Below are positions 39,266-47,724 of a stretch of DNA of 64,000 bases, piece after piece; positions within the stretch are counted from its first letter, which is position 1; the number at the start of each line of letters is the position of its first letter. Location: contig JBBDXB010000006.1 of assembly GCA_040902515.1 (NCBI GenBank), positions 499,419 to 563,418 of the forward strand. The letters are read 5' to 3'. Made by a program: the position numbers and the translations under genes. This DNA comes from Patescibacteria group bacterium (GTDB lineage Bacteria; Patescibacteriota; SICC01). The notes under the pieces were generated by a model, which saw nothing but the letters and a program-made list of their open reading frames with translations, was not told where the DNA came from and did no database searches.

Positions 39266-40219
39266 ATGGGGCCGATGGCAACGCGCGAACGGTCATTCAT
39301 CGGGAACGACGGGGCGGTCGCCCGGCTCCGGAAGCGGGCCGCGGGTGCCGGGAACCATGCGTACCTGGTCACCGGCCCGGCCGGGGTCGGCAAGCGGACG
39401 CTCGCCGAACGGTTCGCCGCCGCGCTGCTGTGCACGGGCGACGCTCCGAAAGGCGATGGCCTGGCCGCTTGCGGCGCCTGCACCTCGTGCCGGCTGCGTG
39501 CGGCCGGCAACCATCCCGACTTCCATGAGCTGCCGCAAGAGGGGTCGGTCGGCATCGAGCAGGTGCGCGAGCTGACCCATACGCTGGAACTCCGTCCGCA
39601 TACCGGACGGTACCAGATCGGCATCATCCCGGAGGCCGGCCGGCTCGGAATCCCGGCCCAGAACGCGCTCCTGAAGGTGCTCGAGGAGCCGCCGTCCCGG
39701 GCCGTGCTGGTGCTGACGGCCACGTCCCCCGCGAGCCTGCTTCCGACGACGGTCTCGCGGTGCCAACGGATCGCACTCGGTCCCGTCGCGACCGAAGACC
39801 TCGCCGCCGCGTTGACGGAGCAGGGCGCGCCCGAGGCGGAGTCACTGGCTGCCCGCGCGGAGCACCGCCCGGGCAAAGCGATCCGCCTGCTGACGGACCC
39901 GGCCGTCTCGGAAGCGGCCGCGGCGCAGGAGGCGGCGTTGTTCGAGGTACTGGGAGCTTCCGTTCCCGGACGCCTGGCCAGTGCCAAGGCACTGGCCGAG
40001 GACCGCGACGCGCTCCGCGAGACGCTCGATACCTGGATCGGCATCTTCCGTTCCTCGCTCCGGGAAGACGCCACGCCGGCCGGCCGGAAGCTTACTGAAC
40101 AACTGTCTGCCTCGCAGCGGAGCGCCGGATTGGTCAGGCTATTTGCCGCGCGGCGAAATCTTCGCTACAATCCCAACACTCAGCTACTTATTGAGCATCT
40201 GCTGCTCAACCTAAGCTAA
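39266..40219 (+). CDS. holB: DNA polymerase III subunit delta-prime
   Basis: GPAGVGKRTLAERFAAALLC Walker A followed by the CGACTSC zinc module. Confidence 0.85.
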   Translation: MGPMATRERSFIGNDGAVARLRKRAAGAGNHAYLVTGPAGVGKRTLAERFAAALLCTGDAPKGDGLAACGACTSCRLRAAGNHPDFHELPQEGSVGIEQVRELTHTLELRPHTGRYQIGIIPEAGRLGIPAQNALLKVLEEPPSRAVLVLTATSPASLLPTTVSRCQRIALGPVATEDLAAALTEQGAPEAESLAARAEHRPGKAIRLLTDPAVSEAAAAQEAALFEVLGASVPGRLASAKALAEDRDALRETLDTWIGIFRSSLREDATPAGRKLTEQLSASQRSAGLVRLFAARRNLRYNPNTQLLIEHLLLNLS

Positions 40220-40222
40220 ACC

Positions 40223-41083
40223 ATGCTAACCGCACTCGTCCTCCTCGCCCTCGTCGCCGGCATCGTGTATGCCTCGCGCCGCTGGCCGGACGTGGAAGCG
40301 CGGGTATTCGGCGTGGACAACGTGGATGTACCCCAGGCCGAGACCGGGGAACCGGAAGGATCGCCGGTGGAGCGTACGACCGAGGCGGTCCGTGAACACG
40401 CCCGTCAGGCCGGAGAGGTCGCGGACCGGACCGTCCACAAGGTGACGGAGATCGCCGGCGGGTTGCTCCGGAAGAAACCGATCACGGCCGAGCCGGAGGT
40501 GCAGGAATCCAAGTCGAAACCGCAGGATGCGCCGGAAGAGCGCTCGGCGCCCGCCGCCGGCGCCTCGGAAGATTCCGCGATCGACGGGAAGCAGTCGGAA
40601 CCCGTTGCCGAAGAAGCGCCCGCCGCGGAACCGGAGCCCGAAGAATCGCCACAGCCGAATCCCGAACCGCCCCGGGAAGCCCCGCAGGTCCGGTCCGTCA
40701 CCCGGGCGCCCGGTGAGCGTGTGACCAGCATGCCGGCCCGGCCGTCGCAGCCGGCCTACCACGACGGCACGCGGAGCACGCCGGACAACTTCGAGCACCT
40801 CTCCGCCGAAGCCGACCAGGCCTGGCGGGACCGCGAATACGAGCGGTGCGAAGAAGCGTGCCTGAAGATCCTCGTCCAGCAGCCGAAGAACATCAAGTAC
40901 ATGACCCGGATCGGGCAGGTGTACCAGCAGCTCGGCCAGCTCGACGACGCCAAGGAAGCGTTCGAGGCGGCCAAGAAGCTCGACCCGCGGAACTTCTTCG
41001 TGCTCAACCGGCTGGCGGAGGTGGAGCGGATGCTCACCGACAAGAAGGGCCGGACCCAGTTCAACAAGGTCCTGAAGAAGTAG
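40223..41083 (+). CDS. membrane-anchored TPR-repeat protein
   Basis: N-terminal TM; TPR-like helical repeats at the C-terminus. Confidence 0.6.
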   Translation: MLTALVLLALVAGIVYASRRWPDVEARVFGVDNVDVPQAETGEPEGSPVERTTEAVREHARQAGEVADRTVHKVTEIAGGLLRKKPITAEPEVQESKSKPQDAPEERSAPAAGASEDSAIDGKQSEPVAEEAPAAEPEPEESPQPNPEPPREAPQVRSVTRAPGERVTSMPARPSQPAYHDGTRSTPDNFEHLSAEADQAWRDREYERCEEACLKILVQQPKNIKYMTRIGQVYQQLGQLDDAKEAFEAAKKLDPRNFFVLNRLAEVERMLTDKKGRTQFNKVLKK

Positions 41084-41147
41084 CGATCGCAAGCCGGTTG
41101 GCACATCGGGCCCGCTCCGCTTTTTCGTGTGTAAAATGGTATGGTAC

Positions 41148-41220
41148 GCCGAGATAGCTCAGTCGGCAGAGCGCATCCATGGTAAGGATGAGGTCCCGGG
41201 TTCGAATCCCGGTCTCGGCT
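41148..41220 (+). tRNA. tRNA-Thr (anticodon GGT)
   Basis: Manual cloverleaf: acceptor gccgaga/tctcggc, anticodon loop atGGTaa, T-loop ttcgaat. Confidence 0.85.
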
Positions 41221-41245
41221 CCAGGCCGATTAACAATCCGACCCT

Positions 41246-41329
41246 GCTGGGATACCGAAGCGGCCAAACGGGGCAGACTGTAAATCTGCTGGCTTTATGC
41301 CTTCGGGGGTTCGAATCCCTCTCCCAGCA
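41246..41329 (+). tRNA. tRNA-Tyr (anticodon GTA), class II with long variable arm
   Basis: Acceptor gctggga/tcccagc, anticodon loop ctGTAaa, long variable arm. Confidence 0.85.
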
Positions 41330-41392
41330 CAGACAGTTTTGCAAAGGCTTGGCGGGTTGCTATAGTAACCCGTTACAACCGAAACCCATCTC

Positions 41393-42121
41393 ATGAGTAA
41401 ATCCATTGATTTAAGTGAAGTCAGATCCGCGGAAGCCGAGGCGGTAGCCGCCAGCGAAGAGAGGAAAGAGAAATTCGCAGCACTCGACGGAATGAATCAG
41501 GAACTGTATGACCGGGTGCGTGCCGGCGAGACGACCGGTGATCGACTGATCGACCATGTCATCCTCCGTAACCACAAACTCGACCAGGAAGCGGTCGATT
41601 TGTTCCGTTCGCTCGAGGAACGCGTGGCGGCACATGCCAACGAGCCGGTACTGGTGATCTCGCGCGGCGTCAACTACCGGACACATGTGTTCGGTAAAGG
41701 CTGGAAGGATCCATATGTAGTGGAACGCAGGGCTCTCGGTATCCTGGCGAGGCCGGAGTTGGTCATCCGCGAAGAAGGCCAGTGGGGATTCCCTACCGAC
41801 TCTTACGTCTGCACAGGAAGTGAACATGACGTGCGCACAGGTTCGTTGACGACCAGGAGACCGGGAAAGTTCACATGGTCGCAAGATTGTCCGCTGGAAG
41901 GTGCCCTGGATACGCCGGTGCAAGTCGATCCGGGTGATGTCCTCAGGGGACTGAGAGGCGGTGGCAGTCCTGCCCAACTTGAGATTGCGATCGGTACGGA
42001 AGAGGTAGAGGCGAAGGTCAGGGAATCGCTTTTCTTTGACGACGATCAGTATCGGTCCATGCTTGACCAGTTGATGCAGTTTCCCGAAGGCGACGTTGCC
42101 GCGGATTCTGATCGACGCTGA
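41393..42121 (+). CDS. hypothetical protein (242 aa)
   Basis: ORF between tRNA genes. Confidence 0.5.
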   Translation: MSKSIDLSEVRSAEAEAVAASEERKEKFAALDGMNQELYDRVRAGETTGDRLIDHVILRNHKLDQEAVDLFRSLEERVAAHANEPVLVISRGVNYRTHVFGKGWKDPYVVERRALGILARPELVIREEGQWGFPTDSYVCTGSEHDVRTGSLTTRRPGKFTWSQDCPLEGALDTPVQVDPGDVLRGLRGGGSPAQLEIAIGTEEVEAKVRESLFFDDDQYRSMLDQLMQFPEGDVAADSDRR

Positions 42122-42194
42122 GCCGCCTCTCGGATTCGAACCGAGGACCTACTGTTTACAAAACAGTTGCTCTGGCCAACTGAGCTAAGGCGGC
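42121..42194 (-). tRNA. tRNA-Thr (anticodon TGT)
   Basis: Reverse-complement cloverleaf: acceptor gccgcct/aggcggc, anticodon loop ttTGTaa. Confidence 0.8.
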
Positions 42195-42230
42195 GCGCCG
42201 TACGGCATACTCATGGTATCGTAATCTGGT

Positions 42231-42392
42231 ATGGCTAAGGACGTCCGACCAACGATCACGCTCGAATGCACGGTGTGCAAGGAGCACAACTACCACACGA
42301 CCAAGAACCGGCGGAATACGCAGGATCGGTTGGAGCTTAAGAAACACTGTCCGCGCTGCGGCAAGCACACGCTGCACAAGGAAACGAAGTAG
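42231..42392 (+). CDS. rpmG: 50S ribosomal protein L33 (53 aa)
   Basis: Hand translation [53 protein letters not shown]; Cys4 zinc ribbon; below the track size cutoff. Confidence 0.9.
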   Translation: MAKDVRPTITLECTVCKEHNYHTTKNRRNTQDRLELKKHCPRCGKHTLHKETK

Positions 42393-42467
42393 TCCGCGCC
42401 GTCGGGTGAAGCGGTGAGTGCACGCAGTGCGTTCGTAATGCCATAATGGCATTACGCTACGCGATTT

Positions 42468-42541
42468 AGGGGTGTAGCTCAGTCCGGCAGAGCACGGGTC
42501 TCCAAAACCCGGTGTCGGGGGTTCGAATCCCTCCACCCCTG
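42468..42541 (+). tRNA. tRNA-Trp (anticodon CCA)
   Basis: Acceptor aggggtg/cacccct, anticodon loop ctCCAaa, encoded CCA follows. Confidence 0.85.
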
Positions 42542-44131
42542 CCAAGAGGTACGAACGGCTTCCAAAGCCTCGTTTCGTTCCTCGGTAGAGATATTTTTCG
42601 CGGTTCTAACCTTGTGATATTCGGCTTCAAGCGCCGGGTACTGTTTTTTGATCGGTTCAAACCATTCGTAGCTTGATAGACGGAATTTTCCGTCCTCAAT
42701 CAACGGGTTCGAACCTAAAGTCATCACGATCTCTTTTTTCTCGTCCGGCGTGCCTTTCTCGAAGCGAACCCGGGCATAGGTGGCGTAGTCGAAGACTTTC
42801 TCCGTAAGCTCGATCCACTTGTCGGCGCGGCTCTCAGTGTCCCGGATTTTCTCTCGAAGGCTCCGTAGCTCGGCCTGAAGTCGCTTCCGATGCGCCGTGA
42901 ACTCTTCGTCATCAATCTGCTGTCGCATGCGCATCCTCGTTAGTTCATCTAGCTCACCCTGAGTGTCCTCAGCCGTCCTGTTCAGGGATGCGTGAGTTTT
43001 CTGTCGATCCGCAATCTCGCGGTCGTTACGGCGGTTCAAACCCTCGATTGCCCACTGCCGAAATTCCGGGGCAATCGTGATACTGCTGAGTTCCTTGTCG
43101 ATTTGCTTCTCAAGCTCAGTGTCCCGCAGGAAAGTACGCTGAGTGCAATCCACGTCTTTCTTCTTGCGGGTGCAATGGTAATAGGTGTACAGGCCAACCT
43201 TTCCGGTTTTCTTTATGATTTTTCGCTTTGTCTCAGCCGTGTAAAGACAACCGCATTCGGCGCAACGGATCAGACCTGTGAACGCGAAAAGATACTTCTG
43301 TGGGCGCGGGCGACCGTCCCGGCCGAGCAGAAGCTGAACCTTATCGTATTCTTCCTTGGTGACCATCGGCTTATGCTTTCCCTCATACCACTGACCGCTC
43401 CCTTTGGGGTACTCGAACTCGCCGTAGTAGAGGGGGTTGGTGAAAATTTTGTAAATCGCGCTCTTGGAGAGCGTCCTGCCGCCAAGCCGCTTCATCTGCC
43501 GTGTGCGAAGCCCCCATTCGTCCGTTGCGACTTTCAGGATGCGTGGTGGCGTATACGCGCCGGTAAGCATCAATTCCCACATCTTTCTGACTAGGGCGTA
43601 CCGCTCCGCGTCGGGCGCTATCGGATCTTCTTCCTCGCCGCCGGTTTTATAGCCGAGCGGCGGTACATGGGGATACCAGCCGCGCTCCGCTTTTCCGCGA
43701 ATGCCACGTATAACGTTCTTGCTAAGGTCGAGAACATATTGGTTAGACATGCCGCTCTCGATATTGAAGAGCAGGACATTGTCATCGGTAAGGTACTCGC
43801 GCTCGTAGGTCAGAATGCTTCGCAGTACTCCCTGTTGAAGTTTCCATTGCAGGTTTGCGCTGTCGATTGGGTTTCGGGAAAGACGGTTAATTTGCCAACA
43901 TAAGATGCCGTCGGCTTCTCCGGCTTCAATCCGTTCAAGCATCTCAGCGAATGCCGGTCGGTTGTTCGGCTTCTTCGCCGATTTCGACTCGGTGAAAACC
44001 TCTTTGACTTTCAACCTTCGCTCAGAGGCAATCTCTTTCAGGCGATTTAATTGATCCTCAATCGACTGCACTTGTCGATCTTCGCTTTCAGAAGACTTGC
44101 GGGCGTAAAGAAAGTAAGTGTTCTGGCTCAT
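42479..44131 (-). CDS. large serine recombinase (integrase of the island); the 3' end reads antisense through tRNA-Trp
   Basis: Resolvase domain YARKSSESEDRQ..S..Q, recombinase domain and a CxxC...C zinc ribbon. Confidence 0.9.
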   Translation of the reverse strand: MSQNTYFLYARKSSESEDRQVQSIEDQLNRLKEIASERRLKVKEVFTESKSAKKPNNRPAFAEMLERIEAGEADGILCWQINRLSRNPIDSANLQWKLQQGVLRSILTYEREYLTDDNVLLFNIESGMSNQYVLDLSKNVIRGIRGKAERGWYPHVPPLGYKTGGEEEDPIAPDAERYALVRKMWELMLTGAYTPPRILKVATDEWGLRTRQMKRLGGRTLSKSAIYKIFTNPLYYGEFEYPKGSGQWYEGKHKPMVTKEEYDKVQLLLGRDGRPRPQKYLFAFTGLIRCAECGCLYTAETKRKIIKKTGKVGLYTYYHCTRKKKDVDCTQRTFLRDTELEKQIDKELSSITIAPEFRQWAIEGLNRRNDREIADRQKTHASLNRTAEDTQGELDELTRMRMRQQIDDEEFTAHRKRLQAELRSLREKIRDTESRADKWIELTEKVFDYATYARVRFEKGTPDEKKEIVMTLGSNPLIEDGKFRLSSYEWFEPIKKQYPALEAEYHKVRTAKNISTEERNEALEAVRTSWQGWRDSNPRHRVLETRALPD

Positions 44132-44268
44132 GAGAGGCTCCTCAAGGGGCGAGTCCTGGCTGTTCCAGTCCGCTGCTCATACGAGTAGTTTTCTGGCAGA
44201 ACCCGCCCCTTGAGGGCAGGAAACAGAAAACTCGTATGAAGCGGGTGGGACATGGAACAGCATTCTTA

Positions 44269-44460
44269 TTATACGCCCTCCCGCTTGGCGTCGCGCTCTC
44301 GAATTTTTCCAACGTCGCCCTCCGTGATCGGCTGATATACGAGACTCATTGTTCGCAGAACTAACTCACCCTTTTCCCGGGCTTCCTCATGGCTCAGGAC
44401 AACCCCGAATTTCTTCTTATAGATTTTTTGAAATCCAGCGATTTCGGATTGAGTGAGCAT
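44269..44460 (-). CDS. small conserved protein (63 aa), paralog of 60166..60423
   Basis: Shares the F.KIYKK.FG...S.EEARE.G..LLR.M..VY.P.T...V...RERD.KR pattern with the 85-aa ORF at 60166. Confidence 0.5.
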   Translation of the reverse strand: MLTQSEIAGFQKIYKKKFGVVLSHEEAREKGELVLRTMSLVYQPITEGDVGKIRERDAKREGV

Positions 44461-44475
44461 TGGGTAAAACGGCTG

Positions 44476-45483
44476 TTACTTAGGGAGGTCAGTTTTACCC
44501 TTTTGGTCAGCACTCTTTCGCGGTAACGAGTAGAAGAGTTTTTTCTTTTCACCGCGCCGTTCGATGATTTCACCACTCTTCACAAGGTCTTTTACTACTT
44601 CGCGCAGTAGCTTGTCTGACGCACTCACATCCGAAGCCCGAACTTTTTCGAACAGCTCTTGTTGGTAGAGGGGATCATCTTGTTCACCGATTAGATCGGG
44701 AATACACTTCTTTGCCTCATTACGGCTGGAAATTGCTTCATCAACCTCTCCGGCAAACTCGAGAGATACGAGCTGGCCGTCAGTGACAATATCGAGACGA
44801 AACGGCTTTGCTTCTGGCTGATGCCGCAGTTTTGTTTGGTGGATAATCAGGTAATCGTCTTTCTTGCGGATTGCTAGGTGGCAATCCACGGCCGCGAGGA
44901 TGTCTGACGAACCACGCATATCTTGGGCAGGGTTAGAACGTCCCGGCCCTTGTTTACGGTTGTGGTGAGTGAAAAGCACGGCGATTCCCGCGGCCTTAAA
45001 CTGACTGAGCAACTTTGCAACGCCCGCCATCTTTCCAGCGTCGTTTTCATCTTCACCGTGGATCCTGACAAGGGAGTCGAAGATCACCAGTCCGATTTCA
45101 AATTCCTTGCATAGTTCCAATAGCTCTTCGACTTTTTTTACCGACAGAGAGAAATTTTGGTATGAACGAAAATAGATTGGCAATTCCGAGTCTGCAGACA
45201 AAGCGGTAAGTCGTTTTTTCAGCAGAGGAGGACCGCTTTCCTCATCCACAATAAGAACTCCGGTCTGATCAGTCGCAAACTTACTGCACAACTGCGACCC
45301 GGAAGCGACGCTCAAAGCCGCCTGTAGTACTAGCCAAGTCTTATACGAAGCTGGCGCCCCAGAAAGTGCAGTGATGCCCGTGGCAGGGATTAGACTTTCG
45401 ACCACCCACTCCACGGGCGGAAACTCCATCCCCATCAAATGGGAGAGCGTGAGAACCGAGAAATTGTCATTTTTGGTTTCCAT
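44476..45483 (-). CDS. RecA-like AAA_25 / RepA-type ATPase (replication/helicase-loader-like)
   Basis: Walker A ALSGAPASYKTW, Walker B GVLIVDE; size and context typical of island primase-associated ATPases. Confidence 0.7.
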   Translation of the reverse strand: METKNDNFSVLTLSHLMGMEFPPVEWVVESLIPATGITALSGAPASYKTWLVLQAALSVASGSQLCSKFATDQTGVLIVDEESGPPLLKKRLTALSADSELPIYFRSYQNFSLSVKKVEELLELCKEFEIGLVIFDSLVRIHGEDENDAGKMAGVAKLLSQFKAAGIAVLFTHHNRKQGPGRSNPAQDMRGSSDILAAVDCHLAIRKKDDYLIIHQTKLRHQPEAKPFRLDIVTDGQLVSLEFAGEVDEAISSRNEAKKCIPDLIGEQDDPLYQQELFEKVRASDVSASDKLLREVVKDLVKSGEIIERRGEKKKLFYSLPRKSADQKGKTDLPK

Positions 45484-45950
45484 TACTGCTCAATTCTTGC
45501 CATGTACACAGCAACGCTGAACGGCATCGCATGGATATTAGTGATGTATGCGATGGTATCGCCACCGATAGCGCATTCACCGCACCAGAAAGTGTTACTG
45601 TCTGGAAACACCTGAAACTCCTTCGTGTGATGAGCGAAAGGGCAGGACGGAACATTTTTTTGAGAACCTTTATCTTTCTCCATATAGATGACATCCCGAA
45701 GAGGAAGGTCTTGGGCGTACTGGATATCACATCTCCATGTATGACCAGTGATGTCGTTGACGAAAGGATTGAATAACAGTTTCAGTCGTGAACGGAGACT
45801 CAGGTATTCGTTCCAGTGGCCGTCGCATGTACACCACCGACTACCCCTAACTTCACAAAGTAGATTTCTTATCACCCAAAACTTCGTTCTTACACATTCG
45901 GTCAGGACGAAAAGAAGAGAGTATTTGATTTGTTTCTTATCTGCCCGCAT
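45483..45950 (-). CDS. CHC2-type (DnaG-like) zinc-finger protein; the conserved part is the C-terminal 65 aa (alternative start at 45680)
   Basis: CPFAHHTKEFQVFPDSNTFWCGECAIGGDTIAYI matches the CHC2 primase zinc-finger pattern CPFH..K.PSF.V.....F.CFGCG.GGD.I. Confidence 0.6.
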   Translation of the reverse strand: MRADKKQIKYSLLFVLTECVRTKFWVIRNLLCEVRGSRWCTCDGHWNEYLSLRSRLKLLFNPFVNDITGHTWRCDIQYAQDLPLRDVIYMEKDKGSQKNVPSCPFAHHTKEFQVFPDSNTFWCGECAIGGDTIAYITNIHAMPFSVAVYMARIEQ

Positions 45951-46179
45951 GGAGTCGATCCTTGATTAGCTTGGTGTGTACTAAAACGACGCGAGGGTTA
46001 AGTGACAGTTGGTCTTTGTAGAAGGCTTCGGCATCCTGCTCGGCCGAGCCTGAATTAGAAAATTGGAACACAGAACGACTGTGGTTCGTGCGATCCACAG
46101 TTTCGAGATGATGGCCGAGAGCGCTGAGCGCAGTGGCCAAATGGAAATCAGAAGTATCGAATGTATCTGCTTGCTTCAT
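45937..46179 (-). CDS. small DUF5659-like protein (80 aa)
   Basis: FDTSDFHLATALSALGHHL...RSVFQF.NS...AEAFYKDQLSLNPRVVLVHTKLIKDRL follows the recalled DUF5659 pattern. Confidence 0.45.
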   Translation of the reverse strand: MKQADTFDTSDFHLATALSALGHHLETVDRTNHSRSVFQFSNSGSAEQDAEAFYKDQLSLNPRVVLVHTKLIKDRLHAGR

Positions 46180-46264
46180 AATCGGTTCATAAAAAGCCGG
46201 AGCTTTACTCCGACAATATGAGGCAACAGATTAACCGCCTAGTTGGGTGGGAAAAGTGAAATAT

Positions 46265-47344
46265 CTATTCAGACCATATGTAGCGGTTTTCCTTCATATA
46301 GATTGGAAAATCTTCACCCGTTTTTACACCTAGCCTCGTACGCAAATTCCTGTACGTGTCGTAAACGTCTTTTCGTTCCTTGAATGGCCTTGTGAGCGAC
46401 CCGTACCTGTCTTGCTGTTCAATAATTTCGGCCGCGCGCCACGGGTCGTTCTTCCCTTCGGCTAAGAACTTGACCAACGTAAGAGGGCGAGAATTTGAAG
46501 ACAGCCTAGCCTCTTTATTCTTGAACCTAAGAGTCTGCTTGTCCGGGTCGAAGAGGAGGCGGGGCTGAAAGTCAGCATCTTCATCGAGCGCGCTAACTAG
46601 TTCTTCATGAACCTTCCCCGCAGGGTATGCGTATTTGGATTTGTGGAATGTCTCATTCTTTTTCTTGAACTGGAACGGGTGGAAGTCGAGAAGTTCGTTC
46701 AACTCAGAGCAACGATCGTTATACTCTTCCAACTCCCGGTGATCTGAATACGGCAGCTCACCAAATGCATGGCGCAGTCGGTACAGCTCAAGTAGCTTCT
46801 GCCATGCTCCCCAAATTGAGTCGCGTTCCTTTAGCTTCGACTCAGCAACCACATCAGTAACGTACCGGATATATGCAGGCGATTTGATGGATACATCGAT
46901 ATCATCTGCACTGTGTTCCTTGATCGTCGCGTACTTCGCCCAAATTTCTTCACGACCATCCGCAAATAGAGCCTTCAAGATTTTCCGCAAGATGGACTCG
47001 TACTGTCCGGCGCGCCATATTTCGCTGTGACTAACATCATGGACTGCCTTTGCGCTTTTGAAGTCGGCTGAATGCTCGGGTAAATCCTTACAGTCCTTTT
47101 GGAGAAGCACTATGAGCTTCCAAAGTTCGTACGAGGCTTCCTTGGACAGCCGCTCCGCTTCTCGGTCGAGTCGCTTCTTCTCGGTGTTGAAACGCTTCTC
47201 AGATATTTTTCGGAGAGTATCCGATCCACGGACGAAGCGGACGTAATCCGCAAGACCTTCGAAATAGCCGGGATCGTCGAGACCCTCGAAAGTGCGATAC
47301 TGGCGCACCAGCTGGCGCTTCAGAGTCGCAGGTGTTTCCGGCAT
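46265..47344 (-). CDS. hypothetical protein (359 aa)
   Basis: Long ORF inside the island. Confidence 0.6.
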   Translation of the reverse strand: MPETPATLKRQLVRQYRTFEGLDDPGYFEGLADYVRFVRGSDTLRKISEKRFNTEKKRLDREAERLSKEASYELWKLIVLLQKDCKDLPEHSADFKSAKAVHDVSHSEIWRAGQYESILRKILKALFADGREEIWAKYATIKEHSADDIDVSIKSPAYIRYVTDVVAESKLKERDSIWGAWQKLLELYRLRHAFGELPYSDHRELEEYNDRCSELNELLDFHPFQFKKKNETFHKSKYAYPAGKVHEELVSALDEDADFQPRLLFDPDKQTLRFKNKEARLSSNSRPLTLVKFLAEGKNDPWRAAEIIEQQDRYGSLTRPFKERKDVYDTYRNLRTRLGVKTGEDFPIYMKENRYIWSE

Positions 47345-47440
47345 TGGATATTCATATTCATCACCGGCAGTTTACTACTGCACTAAGGCGAATGTTCAAG
47401 TCAACGGACAACCCGCATGGACGAACTAGAGGTGTGTTCG

Positions 47441-47686
47441 CTACAGATCCTTGAGTAGCTGGTCTGCCGGAACCTTCAGTCCCTTGGCTAGGCGGTAGAC
47501 AGTCCGAACCGTAGGGCGCATACGTCCCTGCTCGATAAACCCTATGTGCTTCCAATCGACTCCGCTCTTTGCGGCCAGTTGCTCTTGTGTGAGGGACTTC
47601 TCGTTTCGGAGTTTGGCTAGTCTCTTACCCACGGAGTCGAGAAAGCGTTCCTCTTGTCCTGAACTCATAGACCCAGCGTCCGCCAT
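47441..47686 (-). CDS. XRE-family helix-turn-helix transcriptional regulator
   Basis: RLAKLRNEKSLTQEQLAAKSGVDWKHIGFIEQG HTH_3 pattern. Confidence 0.8.
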   Translation of the reverse strand: MADAGSMSSGQEERFLDSVGKRLAKLRNEKSLTQEQLAAKSGVDWKHIGFIEQGRMRPTVRTVYRLAKGLKVPADQLLKDL

Positions 47687-47724
47687 GCCGAGCTACGGCA
47701 ACACTAAGATATATTAGTGTGTGT

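Noticed and set aside
42156-42545. 129-aa minus-strand ORF
   Set aside because: Spans tRNA-Thr, rpmG (opposite strand) and tRNA-Trp; the structural RNA and L33 calls explain this region
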